Source: Deltaproteobacteria bacterium HGW-Deltaproteobacteria-14 (lineage in GTDB: Bacteria > Myxococcota_A > UBA9042 > PHBI01). Taken from it: a DNA stretch of 64,000 bases. Positions 9,408-19,254 of this stretch are shown here, one piece after another. Made by a program: the position numbers and the translations under genes. Positions within the stretch are counted from its first letter, which is position 1; each line of letters begins with the position of its first letter. Location: the NCBI GenBank assembly GCA_002841945.1, contig PHBI01000014.1, positions 5,606 through 69,605 of the forward strand. The letters are read 5' to 3'. The notes below the pieces were generated by a model, which had not been told where the DNA came from, did not search any database, and worked only from the letters and a program-made list of their open reading frames with translations.

Positions 9408-10439
9408 TCAGGTCGCGGCGGTGACCCCGGTGATCTCGAAGATCACCGAGGCCACGGCGCCGTCGCGGTCGAGGACGACCAGCGGGGCTCCGCGGACGAC
9501 GCGCTGCGCGCCGATGTTCACGTCCTCGCGGAGGGTGGCGTGGGTGGTCCCGTGTGGGAAGCGCTCGAGGTCGAGCCGGCGGCGCTTCTTGTGGATGACG
9601 TAGCGCGTGCCCGTGATCGCCGCCAGCTCGGCCACGTCTCCCAGCGCCAGGCCCTTGCCCGGCGCGAGGATGCGCTGCACCGCGAGGGCCTGCTCGACGG
9701 CGCGGGCCGTGAGGGCCTGGCGCTCGTCGCCCCAGGCGTTGCCCATGGCGTCGGCGAGGATCCGAAAGCGCGTCGTCTCGAGGCGGAACTCGTCGCTGCT
9801 GCGAGCCCCGGGGACCGTGTCCTCGGCGGGGGTGAACAGGCGCGTCCCCTCGGGGACCGCCGGGGTGTCGCCGCCGAGCTCGCGCAGATCCCCGGTGGCG
9901 AGGACCAGCACCTCGCTGGTGACGATGCGGCCGAGGTCGACGCGCTCGCCGAGCCGGACGTCGCGGGCGAGCACCACCTTGCCCTCGCGCGGCTTGTGGT
10001 TGCGCCGCACGCCGGGGCGGTAGATCCAGCGTCGGGTGCCGTCGGCCTCGGGCGGGGACAGGTCGATGATGGAGCCGCTCGTCGTCAGCGCCATCGCGCC
10101 CTGACGGCCGCCGGGGTGCATCGCGCCGACCAGCTCGAGGCGGCGCGAGAGCGCCTCGGCGCCGAACTGCAGCATGCAGACGACCAGCTCGCGGGCGCGG
10201 AAGTCCCAGCTCGTGCGCACGGCCGAGGTCGCGCGGAGCGAGGTCGGATCCCCGGCGAGCTCGCTCGGGAAGCGGGCCGCGAGCGCGTGCCGCTCCTCCT
10301 CCGCGAGGAGGCGGAAGTAGCGGAGCTGCTCGTGCGCCGCGAGGCGGGCGTCGGGAGACAGCGCCTGGTACTGCGTCTCCACCTCCTCCATGTCGGTGAG
10401 GCGAGCCGGGAACGGGGTTGGGTGGGGAGCGGTGGTCAC
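9408..10439 (-). CDS. Hypothetical protein translationally coupled to acs
   Basis: C-terminal part of track ORF 9408..11702. GTG at 10439 overlaps the acs stop (GTGA). Alternative ATG at 10391. Confidence 0.7.
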   Translation of the reverse strand: MTTAPHPTPFPARLTDMEEVETQYQALSPDARLAAHEQLRYFRLLAEEERHALAARFPSELAGDPTSLRATSAVRTSWDFRARELVVCMLQFGAEALSRRLELVGAMHPGGRQGAMALTTSGSIIDLSPPEADGTRRWIYRPGVRRNHKPREGKVVLARDVRLGERVDLGRIVTSEVLVLATGDLRELGGDTPAVPEGTRLFTPAEDTVPGARSSDEFRLETTRFRILADAMGNAWGDERQALTARAVEQALAVQRILAPGKGLALGDVAELAAITGTRYVIHKKRRRLDLERFPHGTTHATLREDVNIGAQRVVRGAPLVVLDRDGAVASVIFEITGVTAAT

Positions 10440-12391
10440 GGCAGCACCTTCGCCCCGGCTACGATGGCGGCGACGACGCTGGGGTCGGCGAGGGTCGAGA
10501 TGTCGCCGAGCTGCTCCGGAGCGCCCTCGGCCACCTTGCGCAGGATGCGCCGCATCACCTTGCCCGAGCGGGTCTTCGGCAGCCCCGGGACGAACTGGAA
10601 GAGGTCGACCCGCGCGTGGGCGCCGATCTGATCTCGCACCGACCTGTGGAGCTTCGCCTCGAGGGCGTCGCTCGGCGCGAAGCCCGGCTGCAGCACGACG
10701 TAGGCGTAGACCCCCTGACCCTTGATGGGGTGCGGGAAGCCGACGATGCCCGCCTCGGCGACCTCGTCGACGGCGACCAGCGCCGACTCGAACTCGGCCG
10801 TGCCCATGCGGTGGCCCGCGACGTTGAGCACGTCGTCCACGCGCCCGGTGATCCAGTGGTAGCCGTCGGTGTCGCGGCGACAGCCGTCGCCGGTGAAGTA
10901 GTAGCCCTTGTAGGCGCCGAAGTAGGTCGCGACGAAGCGGGGGTGATCGCCCCACACCGTGCGCGCCTGGCCGGGCCACGGGAAGGCCAGGCACAGCCGC
11001 CCCTCGCCGGGACCGCGCAGGATGCGGTCCTGGTCGTCCATCAAGAGCGGGACGATGCCCGGCAGCGGGAGGGTGGCCGAACCAGGCTTGGTCGCCGTGA
11101 GCGGCGCCAGCGGCGAGATGCTGATGCCGCCGGTCTCGGTCTGCCAGTAGGTGTCGACGATGTTGCAGCGCCCGTCGCCGACGATCTCGTAGTACCAGCG
11201 CCAGGCGTCTGGGTTGATCGGCTCGCCCACGGTGCCGAGGACGCGCAGGGTGCGGCGGTCGTAGCGGTCGACGTACTCGTCGCCCTGGGCGGCGAGGGCG
11301 CGGATGGCGGTCGGCGCGGTGTAGAAGACGGTGATGCCGTGGCGCTCGACCATGTCCCAGTAGCGGCCGGCGTCGGGGTAGGTCGGGACGGACTCGAACA
11401 TCACGGTGGTCGCGCGGTTCGCCAGCGGCCCGTAGACGATGTAGCTGTGGCCGGTGATCCAGCCGACGTCGGCGACGCAGGCGTAGACGTCGTGTTCGCG
11501 CAGGTCGAAGACGATCTCGTGGGTGTAGGCCGTGTAGGTGAGGTAGCCGCCGCAGGTGTGGACGACGCCCTTGGGTCTGCCCGTCGAACCCGAGGTGTAG
11601 AGGATGAAGAGCGGGTCCTCGGCGCTGGTTGGCGTCGCCGGGCAGACCTCCTCGGCCTCGCCGACCGCGTCGTGCCACCACACGTCGCGCCCCTCGACCC
11701 ACCCGATCTCCTCGCCGGTGCGCCGGTAGACCAGGACGTGCTTGATGTGCTGCTCGCCCTCGAGGGCCTTGTCGACGGCCGCCTTGAGCGGGATGGCCTT
11801 GCCGCCGCGGCGCCCCTCGTCCTGGGTGATGACGAGCTCGGCGCCGCAGTCGCGGACGCGGTCGCGGACCGCCTCCGCCGAGAAGCCGCCGAAGACGACC
11901 GAGTGGATGGCGCCGAGGCGGGCGCAGGCGAGCATCGCGATGGTCGCCTCGGGGACCATGCCCATGTAGATGATGACGCGCTCGCCCTTCTTGAGGCCCA
12001 TCGCCTTGAGCGCGTTGGCGGTCTTGCAGACCTGGCGGTAGAGCTCGCGGTAGCTGAGCTTGCGGACGTCGCCCGGCTCGTCACCCTCCCAGATGATGGC
12101 CGTCTTGCTCGGGCGCGTCTCGACGTGGCGGTCGAGGCACGACTCGGTGACGTTCAGCACGCCGTCGGCGAACCAGGAGAAGGGCCCCTCGTCGATGGTG
12201 TGGTAGCTGCCGTCGAGGCCGCGGGTCGGCTCCTTCATCCAGCGCAGCCGCCGCTTGGTGACGTCGAGCCAGAACCCCTCTGGGTCGTTGATGGACCGCG
12301 CGTAGGCCTCGCGGTACTGCGCCATGTCGCGGATCGAGCTGTCAGAGCGCGTGCTGACGCGGGGGGGCACCGGGTAGATCTCGCTGCTCAT
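10436..12391 (-). CDS. acs: Acetate--CoA ligase (acetyl-CoA synthetase)
   Basis: YTSGSTGRPKG AMP-binding motif, DTYWQTETGG, GRVDDVLNVAGHR, LPKTRSGKVMRR (acetylation-site Lys). Start trimmed to MSSEIYPVP. Confidence 0.97.
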   Translation of the reverse strand: MSSEIYPVPPRVSTRSDSSIRDMAQYREAYARSINDPEGFWLDVTKRRLRWMKEPTRGLDGSYHTIDEGPFSWFADGVLNVTESCLDRHVETRPSKTAIIWEGDEPGDVRKLSYRELYRQVCKTANALKAMGLKKGERVIIYMGMVPEATIAMLACARLGAIHSVVFGGFSAEAVRDRVRDCGAELVITQDEGRRGGKAIPLKAAVDKALEGEQHIKHVLVYRRTGEEIGWVEGRDVWWHDAVGEAEEVCPATPTSAEDPLFILYTSGSTGRPKGVVHTCGGYLTYTAYTHEIVFDLREHDVYACVADVGWITGHSYIVYGPLANRATTVMFESVPTYPDAGRYWDMVERHGITVFYTAPTAIRALAAQGDEYVDRYDRRTLRVLGTVGEPINPDAWRWYYEIVGDGRCNIVDTYWQTETGGISISPLAPLTATKPGSATLPLPGIVPLLMDDQDRILRGPGEGRLCLAFPWPGQARTVWGDHPRFVATYFGAYKGYYFTGDGCRRDTDGYHWITGRVDDVLNVAGHRMGTAEFESALVAVDEVAEAGIVGFPHPIKGQGVYAYVVLQPGFAPSDALEAKLHRSVRDQIGAHARVDLFQFVPGLPKTRSGKVMRRILRKVAEGAPEQLGDISTLADPSVVAAIVAGAKVLP

Positions 12392-12533
12392 CGGGCGCTC
12401 CTCGGGAGTGGGGCTCGGCGGGTGGCGCGGGCTGGCCGGTCGTGACGTGACCGGTCCGGCGCCACAGGCGGACGTCGAGGGTACCAAACGGGCCGCGCGG
12501 GTCAAACCGACCGCCGGCGCCGCCCGTATCGCC

Positions 12534-13802
12534 TCAGCCCCGCCCGCTGCCGGCGATCGCGCGCCGGAAGGCGTGGACGCCGGCAGGATCCAGGGGGCGC
12601 CAGCGCCCGCGCTCGAGCTTGCGCTCCACCTCGCCCGGCTCGAGCACCAGGCTCGTCACGTGGCGGCCGGTCGGCGTGAAGACGTGCGCGCGCTGCTTGG
12701 GGCCGAGCACCACCACGGTTTGGCGCTGGGTGTCGTTGAGGAGGCGCCCGTCGACGGCCGCGTGGGCGTCCTGGAGTGCCAGGCTGGTCGGCCGCTCGCC
12801 GCTCTGGTGGCGCACCTCGGCGTGCTGGGTGCGGTGCGCGCGGACCTTGAGGACGCGCAGCACGTCGGTGCGCAGGCGGTTGAGGATCTGCCCGACGAGG
12901 GCGTCGCGATCGACCGCCTCGCCGCGGCGCGCCGCGATGGCGAGCTGGCGGCCGAGGGCGTCGATCCGCTGCCGCGCGGTGCGCAGGACCTTGCGGAAGG
13001 CCTCGGCCGGCGAGCGCTCGTCCGCGTCGGCGGCGGCGGACGCGATGGCCTCCGCCGGCAGGCCGAGGAGGTTGAGGCGCAGCCGGTGGTCGCGGGTCCC
13101 TTGGGTGGTCTCCACGATCTGCAGGGTCAGGGCGACGCGCTCGGCGCCGCGGCCGCGGAGATCGAGGTCCCGCGGGACCAGGCCCAGGACGACCTGCCCG
13201 AGCACCGCGTAGGCGCGGCTCCCGCGACCGAAGCCCGGCAGCAGCTCGCCCGACAGCTCGTCGGCGGTCTGGACGAGGGCGAGGACCTCGGGCGGGTCGG
13301 CGTAGAGGCGGTCCACCCGTGGCTCGCGCCGCGCCAGGCACAGGTTCGGGAAGCTCTGCCACTCCGGGCGGCCGTTCGCCGCGTAGCCGGCGAACACCGA
13401 AGCCGCGTTCGGCGGGCTCGAGTAGGGGGACTCCGGCTGGTCGGTGTGGAAGCAGTAGACGTGCCCCTCGAGGAAGGCCATCGTCCCGCGCAGCGCCTCG
13501 TCGAGCCTCTCCCGTAGGGTCGCGACCAGCGCGTCGGCGGCGGCCGCGAGCGGCTCGGGGCCGGGGCCGAGCGGCACCGAGAGCGCCAGGTCGAGCGCGT
13601 CCACCGGGAAGCGCCCGCTGCTGGGCGCCCCCAGCTCGACGGCGAGGTCCCGGGCGAGCCCGCGCAGCTCGGCGAGCGCGCGCACGGCGCGATCACCCAC
13701 GGGCGGGGCGCCCGCGTCGGGCGGCCGGCGTCGCTTCCTGCGGCGTCGTCGCGGGGGCCCGGTCGACCCACCGGGCGCCGCTTCGTCGGGGGGTGCGCTC
13801 AT
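12534..13802 (-). CDS. Conserved-looking hypothetical protein, 422 aa
   Basis: Start trimmed to MSAPPDE (ATG 13802). Basic RRRRRKRRR patch near the N-terminus, globular-looking middle, C-terminal RAHVFTPTGRHVTSL segment. Confidence 0.7.
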   Translation of the reverse strand: MSAPPDEAAPGGSTGPPRRRRRKRRRPPDAGAPPVGDRAVRALAELRGLARDLAVELGAPSSGRFPVDALDLALSVPLGPGPEPLAAAADALVATLRERLDEALRGTMAFLEGHVYCFHTDQPESPYSSPPNAASVFAGYAANGRPEWQSFPNLCLARREPRVDRLYADPPEVLALVQTADELSGELLPGFGRGSRAYAVLGQVVLGLVPRDLDLRGRGAERVALTLQIVETTQGTRDHRLRLNLLGLPAEAIASAAADADERSPAEAFRKVLRTARQRIDALGRQLAIAARRGEAVDRDALVGQILNRLRTDVLRVLKVRAHRTQHAEVRHQSGERPTSLALQDAHAAVDGRLLNDTQRQTVVVLGPKQRAHVFTPTGRHVTSLVLEPGEVERKLERGRWRPLDPAGVHAFRRAIAGSGRG

Positions 13803-14022
13803 GGCCCGGGACCTTAATCCCGCCCCCATCGCTTGAACAGGGCGGCGTCGCGCCGGCGCTGTGCGAAAAGACCCTGCCGCGAGCGCACGATCACACGCCT
13901 CGGGCCCGCCCAGAGCCGTCCGGACGCGCCTGGAGCGCCCCGCTGCGCTGCGGCACGCGGCCTGCATGGGCACCCCTGCGCGCGGATCCCGCCACCGGTG
14001 GGGGGGCCGGCGCCGAGGCGCG

Positions 14023-14487
14023 ATGACCGAGTTCCCGACCTGCATGCATCGCGGCGAGCCGATTCGGCCCGGCTGGCACCGCTGCGGTCACCCCCAGCTG
14101 CGCGTCGACCGCGGGGTGGACCTGCGCACCTGCAGCGAGTGCCACGCCGCCGGCGTGTTCTGCAATCGCCCGCCCCGGGACATGACCACCGACATCATGC
14201 GCAACAAGAAGCCCCACCTGCTGTCGCGGGTGTGGAGCCTGGCGCGCTCGATGCGCGCCTTCGCCAACGACGGCCTGACGACGGTGGACGAGACGCAGTA
14301 TCTGCGGCGGCTCGAGATCTGCGACGCCTGCGACCAGCGCTGGAACGATGACTGCAAGATCTGCGGCTGCCGCCTGTCGCTCAAGGCCCGCGGTCGCGCC
14401 TTCAGCTGCCCCCTCGGCTACTGGCTGGCGGTCGCCAGCCCGGACGGAGCGGACCCCGACGGCGACGGCGGGGATTCGCGGGGATAG
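14023..14487 (+). CDS. Small Cys/His-rich probable metal-binding protein with DUF6171-like C-terminal domain
   Basis: ATG at 14023 after GAGG. RLEICDACDQRWNDDCKICGCRLSLKARGRAFSCPLGYW follows the R-x-x-x-C-x2-C...C-x2-CGC...K...CP-x3-W pattern. Additional N-terminal C/H cluster. Confidence 0.7.
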   Translation: MTEFPTCMHRGEPIRPGWHRCGHPQLRVDRGVDLRTCSECHAAGVFCNRPPRDMTTDIMRNKKPHLLSRVWSLARSMRAFANDGLTTVDETQYLRRLEICDACDQRWNDDCKICGCRLSLKARGRAFSCPLGYWLAVASPDGADPDGDGGDSRG

Positions 14488-14658
14488 GCAGTGAACACCG
14501 AGGTTTGAGCTCGCTTCGTGGCCGCCTCGGTTTCACGCGGAGGGGGGCGCTCGCGTTGACGGTCGGCCCCGGCGCGCGGGACCGTCCGCGGCGTTGGCCT
14601 ACCGAGCGGCCGGCGCTGTCGCGCGGTCCCGGCGGCCCCTGAAGCAGAGGTGTTCGAG

Positions 14659-15069
14659 ATGGGGATCATGAAAGAGTTCAAGACGTTCGCCATGAAGGGC
14701 AACGTCATCGACATGGCCGTGGGTATCATCATCGGCGCCGCGTTCGGCAAGATCGTCTCGTCCTTCGTCAAGGACGTCATCATGCCGCCCCTCGGCGAGC
14801 TGCTCGGCGGCGTCGACTTCTCCGAGCTGATGATCAAGCTCAGCGACGCGGCGGACGGGCCTGCCATCCGGTACGGCGCCTTCATCCAGACCGTCATCGA
14901 CTTCCTCATCGTCGCGTTCGCGGTCTTCATGGTCATCAAGGGCATCAACAACCTGCACAAGAAGGAGGAGGCCGCCCCGCCGGCCCCCGCCGCGCCGCCC
15001 GAGCCGAGCGCCGAGGTGAAGCTGCTGACCGAGATCCGCGACTCCCTGAAGTCCCGCGAGGTGGGCTGA
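14659..15069 (+). CDS. mscL: Large-conductance mechanosensitive channel
   Basis: [31 protein letters not shown] and LLTEIRDSL signatures. ATG at 14659 has AGAGG upstream. Confidence 0.97.
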   Translation: MGIMKEFKTFAMKGNVIDMAVGIIIGAAFGKIVSSFVKDVIMPPLGELLGGVDFSELMIKLSDAADGPAIRYGAFIQTVIDFLIVAFAVFMVIKGINNLHKKEEAAPPAPAAPPEPSAEVKLLTEIRDSLKSREVG

Positions 15070-15259
15070 CGCCGCCGCGTCGGCGCCCCGTGGCTCGCCC
15101 GGCGTGACCGGCGCGCGTCCGGGGCGCCGCGCGGACCGCGCGCCGTCGCGCCCAACGGCCGCCCGGATCGGGGGCGAAGCGGAATGAAGTTCATTGCTTC
15201 CGCGGCGCGCTGAGGCTAGGTTCCGGGCGGTCCCCCCAAACTCGACCGCCGGAGTCGTT

Positions 15260-16840
15260 ATGTTGCGCCGCACAATGCTGCTTTGGGCCTCGCTGGCCGC
15301 CCTCTTCACCGTCACCGCGTGCGATGACGCCGCGTCTACCGACGATCCGGGGGCCGAGGCGGTGCTGCCCGGCAAGGCCGACAACTACCTGTCGCCGACG
15401 TCGCAGGAGTACGCGGTGTGGGGGATCGGGCAGATCGAGCTCGATCCCGAGACCTGGGGCGAGGCCGATCCGGCCGCGCGCGAGGCGCACGTTCGCGAGC
15501 TCGTCGGCTACAACGTCAAGGCCTACACCCACTTCGTCAACGAGTACCTGACCGACAAGGGGCACGGCGACACCAACCAGGACTATGGCGGCTTCGCGGG
15601 GCTCGTGCGCGGCACGACGAGCGACTACGTCGTGGACGCGGTCGACGACGCCGAGCTCAGCTGGGCCTACATCTGGGAGGTCGAGATGGGCGGTCCGCGC
15701 GACCTCCTCGCCCGGGTCCCGCTGGTCACCGGTGAGGACGGCACGCAGTACGTCATCGTCAAGATGCCGAAGCTCACCGAGTCGCAGCTCCAGTACTCGA
15801 GCTACCCGAAGAGCTTCGACCCGGCCACCTACACCGGCGAGGTCGAGGACGTGCAGGTGGTCATCGAGCCGACCAAGGAGTCCGCCGACGGCTACCCCGA
15901 GTACCCGCAGCTGTTCGATGACGGCCTGCTCGACGTCGTCATCGTCGTCGGCGGCGACTACAACGAGGCGCGCTACGATCTGCAGCAGACCGAAGACATC
16001 TTCGCCTGGCTGAAGTCGGCCGGCTACAAGCACGACGCCAAGGTCTGGACCGACCTGAAGCTCGACTCGCCGCCCTTCACCGGCGCCATCGACGCCAACG
16101 GTAAGCCGGTCGCCGTCGAGATCACGCTGCTCTGGGGCGACATCGTGCCCATCGCGGACATCGGGCTCCTGCGCCAGCGCATCATCGAGGCCTACGAGAG
16201 CGCCGACGTCGTCATCTACGACGGCCACGCCGGCGAGGATCCCGACTACTCCGGCGTCGTCTACCACTACAACCCGCGCCACGCGATCAGCGCGACGCAG
16301 CTCGCGCAGCTCGAGCTGCCCGACAAGTACCAGGTCTACCTCTTCAACGGCTGCAAGACCTACGGCGCCTACCCCGAGGCGGTCATGAAGAACGGGACCA
16401 AGACGACCAAGAACGTCGACATCGTCTCGACCGTGAACTTCTCGTGGCTGTCGCAGCAGACGTTCACGACCTCGGGCTTTCTGCGCGAGCTGCTGTCGCA
16501 GGTCGGCAAGACCCACGACCCGCGCACCTGGCGCGAGGTGCTCACGAGCATCAACCAGCGCGCCAACTACAACGTCTACTACGGCGTCCACGGCATCGAC
16601 GACAACCCGCACCTGAACCCGTACGCCGACGTCACGTCGCTGTGCGCGGCGTGCTCGCGGGACAGCGACTGCCCCGGCGTCGGCAACATGTGCGTGAAGC
16701 TCAGCGACGGCGGCAAGCACTGCACCGCCGAGTGCACCGCCGACGACGGCTGCCCGAGCGGCTACGTCTGTGGCGACATCGCGGTGGGCGGGCGCATCAC
16801 CGGCCACCAGTGCCTGCCGCGGAGTTACGCCTGCGAGTAG
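15260..16840 (+). CDS. Lipoprotein, 526 aa, GKAD motif, possible caspase/gingipain-like fold, C-terminal Cys-rich domain
   Basis: GGAG RBS, lipobox VTAC-DD, PGKADNY, DVVIYDGHAG and YLFNGCKTY motifs, terminal C-rich module. Confidence 0.8.
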   Translation: MLRRTMLLWASLAALFTVTACDDAASTDDPGAEAVLPGKADNYLSPTSQEYAVWGIGQIELDPETWGEADPAAREAHVRELVGYNVKAYTHFVNEYLTDKGHGDTNQDYGGFAGLVRGTTSDYVVDAVDDAELSWAYIWEVEMGGPRDLLARVPLVTGEDGTQYVIVKMPKLTESQLQYSSYPKSFDPATYTGEVEDVQVVIEPTKESADGYPEYPQLFDDGLLDVVIVVGGDYNEARYDLQQTEDIFAWLKSAGYKHDAKVWTDLKLDSPPFTGAIDANGKPVAVEITLLWGDIVPIADIGLLRQRIIEAYESADVVIYDGHAGEDPDYSGVVYHYNPRHAISATQLAQLELPDKYQVYLFNGCKTYGAYPEAVMKNGTKTTKNVDIVSTVNFSWLSQQTFTTSGFLRELLSQVGKTHDPRTWREVLTSINQRANYNVYYGVHGIDDNPHLNPYADVTSLCAACSRDSDCPGVGNMCVKLSDGGKHCTAECTADDGCPSGYVCGDIAVGGRITGHQCLPRSYACE

Positions 16841-16956
16841 GGGCGGGTACCCGGCTGGGTTGGACGCGGGCGCGCCCGTGGAGCCAACGCGGCCGCCATC
16901 CTTTGGTGTTGCGCTGCGGTATGGCATAGGCTCGTCGCTGGCCACGGAGGACGAGC

Positions 16957-18660
16957 ATGCAGCGCCGGACGCAAACCTCTCTTCGGGTCGTGTTGGCCAC
17001 CGCCATAGCGGTGTCCGCCTGCGCCGACGGCGACATGGCGGGCGGGGTGGGCGGCCACGTCGTGATCGACGTGGCGCCGCTCTCGCTCACCGGCGTCACC
17101 GAGGCGACCTACCGCGTCACCGTGCTCGCGGGCGGTGCGACCGTCTGGACGCGAGACGATCTGACGACGAGCGGCTACGGCGACGGTAGCGGTGGATTGA
17201 GCTACGTCGGGACCTGCGACGCGGACGCCGGCTCGAACACCGTACGCCTCGAGCTGCTCACGCTGAGCGACGCCAACGGCCCCATCCCAGCCTCGTCCTG
17301 GCGGAACCCGACGCCGATCGCGCGCGACGTCCCCTGCGACGCCAACACCGACGTCGCGGTCGACTTCGATCTGACCGTCATCCGGACCGCCACCCAGGGG
17401 TTCTTCGACACCGCCATCACGTTTGAGGACATCTTCTGCTCGGCCAAGCTGGACTGCGTCGGCGACGACGGGACGAGCGACCTCGATCTGCTCTTCGATC
17501 CGCACACCGGCGCCCGTGGCCCGACGGCGGTCCTCGGCTTCGCCTGCACGGCGGGGCCCGGGCAGGACACCTACCTCCACATGGATGACGTCGTGGTCGA
17601 GTGCGAAGTCGGTGGGCCCTTCGTCGTCGAGGTGGCGGGCGTCGTCGGCAACCAGAACCCGGCGTTCCCCGGCCCCCCCAACGACCTCGACCTCTTCTTC
17701 CAGACCGCGATCTTCCGGGGCAACGAGCTGATCGGCAGCGACCCTCCGGCGAGCAAGGCGTACTGGAACGTCGCCCTCGGGCTCAACGCCCCGGCGTTCG
17801 CGAACCGCGGCGCCTGCACCCTGGTCGCGACGGCCAGCGCCACGGACGGGGAGCTCGCCGGCGGCGTCACCCCAGAGGGCCAGCGCTGGCCGCTCATCAC
17901 CTGGGAGGTCCCCGTGAGCGACGCCGGCGGGCGCACCTGCGCCGCGCACGAGCTCGGCGCTGACACCGGGGTGGCCGCGGTCTACAGCGAGGTGTCCGGG
18001 CACGCGTTCCACGCCAGCTACGCGCGCTCGTCCGAAGCCGTGGTGGTCCACACCGCCGCTCCGGCAGCGCCGCCGACGGCGTTGCTCTTCGCGACGGCGA
18101 CCACGACGCGGCCGGCCGACGCGACCATGGCGTGCCCCGCGGGCTACCGGCGCGTCGGCTCGTGGAAGGCTGGTAAGGGCGCGGCGGACACCTGGCCCGA
18201 GGCCTCCGACTACACCGGGGCGGGCTACGACGTGGCGTGGTTGTGGCTCTGCACGACGGACGCCGCGCGCCTCACCCTCGAGATCACCGGCTCGAGCTGC
18301 GGCGGACCGACGACGTGGGCCGGCTGCACCGCCGCCGGTGGCGCGCTGCTCGGGACGTGGCACGTCGGCGGGTCGAGCTGCGATGGCGTGGCCGCCGCGG
18401 TCGCCAGCGACGGGACGACGACGGTGGACGCGGGCTGGATCGGGCTCTGCGGCCGCGGCGGCGCGCTCGCCACCGCGGAGGTCCGCGTCAGCGACTGCCC
18501 CGGAGGGAGCTACATCGCGTGCGCCGCCGGCTCCTCCTTCGCCGGGGCCTGGCACACGGACTCGGACACGACGGCCTGCCCGAGCGGCGTCAACGGCACG
18601 GGGTACGCGACGGGCGACCTCCCGGCGGGGTGGATGCACCTCTGCCGCCGCCCGCTGTAG
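16957..18660 (+). CDS. Lipoprotein, 567 aa, with conserved N-terminal domain (shared with 61577 gene) and three C-terminal Trp/Cys repeats
   Basis: GGAGG RBS, lipobox VSAC-AD, motifs YGDGSGGLSYVGTCD, GFFDTAITFEDIFCSAKLDC, GFACTAGPGQDTYL. Confidence 0.85.
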   Translation: MQRRTQTSLRVVLATAIAVSACADGDMAGGVGGHVVIDVAPLSLTGVTEATYRVTVLAGGATVWTRDDLTTSGYGDGSGGLSYVGTCDADAGSNTVRLELLTLSDANGPIPASSWRNPTPIARDVPCDANTDVAVDFDLTVIRTATQGFFDTAITFEDIFCSAKLDCVGDDGTSDLDLLFDPHTGARGPTAVLGFACTAGPGQDTYLHMDDVVVECEVGGPFVVEVAGVVGNQNPAFPGPPNDLDLFFQTAIFRGNELIGSDPPASKAYWNVALGLNAPAFANRGACTLVATASATDGELAGGVTPEGQRWPLITWEVPVSDAGGRTCAAHELGADTGVAAVYSEVSGHAFHASYARSSEAVVVHTAAPAAPPTALLFATATTTRPADATMACPAGYRRVGSWKAGKGAADTWPEASDYTGAGYDVAWLWLCTTDAARLTLEITGSSCGGPTTWAGCTAAGGALLGTWHVGGSSCDGVAAAVASDGTTTVDAGWIGLCGRGGALATAEVRVSDCPGGSYIACAAGSSFAGAWHTDSDTTACPSGVNGTGYATGDLPAGWMHLCRRPL

Positions 18661-18708
18661 GGGCGAGGCGCGCCGCCTCGCCGGGCGCCCATCCGACGCC
18701 GCAAATGG

Positions 18709-19254
18709 CTAGAAATAATAGCGAATGTGCGCGGTGAAGTCGACCGGATCGAAGTCGAAGTCGGGCACGATGAGGAAGCCCGGGCGGAACTCGAGCACGA
18801 CGTCGATCGGGACCGGGATGATGCGGAACTCCAGGCCGACGACGCCGGAGGCGGCCACCGCGAGGTCCCCGTGGCCGTCGGCGACGCCGATCCCCGCGCC
18901 GACGCCGGCGTTCCAGCCGAGGACGAACGCCTCGCCGGCGGTGACGATGTCGGGGAGCTCGATCAGGTAGTCCACGCTGACCGCGAAGCCGGCGACGCGG
19001 TGCCAGCGGTGGTCGGCGCCGCCGCCGCCGAAGGACCCGAGGTTGAACTGCAGGGCGTGCAGGTCGGTCAGGTACCACTTGGCCGACAACCCGTTCGCGA
19101 GGGTGCCGGAGCCGAGGCCGAGGCCGATCTTGCCCGGGACGCGGATGTGGTCCGGGGCGGCGTGGGCCGCCGGCGTCGCGAGGGCGAGGGCCGTCACGAC
19201 GAGGCTGAGGGCGACCGCGCGGGCGCGCGCGGCGTGGCGGGGCGTCAAGGACAT
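18709..19254 (-). CDS. Small outer-membrane beta-barrel-like protein
   Basis: GGAGG RBS, signal peptide ending AHA, amphipathic Gly/aromatic beta-strands (GLGLGSG, LGWNAGVGAGIG), C-terminal ..HIRYYF typical of Bam substrates. Confidence 0.75.
   Translation of the reverse strand: MSLTPRHAARARAVALSLVVTALALATPAAHAAPDHIRVPGKIGLGLGSGTLANGLSAKWYLTDLHALQFNLGSFGGGGADHRWHRVAGFAVSVDYLIELPDIVTAGEAFVLGWNAGVGAGIGVADGHGDLAVAASGVVGLEFRIIPVPIDVVLEFRPGFLIVPDFDFDPVDFTAHIRYYF

Noticed and set aside
14128-14145. CSECH (CxxCH) heme-c motif in the 14023 protein
   Set aside because: No signal peptide for cytochrome c maturation, and the motif sits within a broader Cys cluster more typical of Zn or Fe binding.
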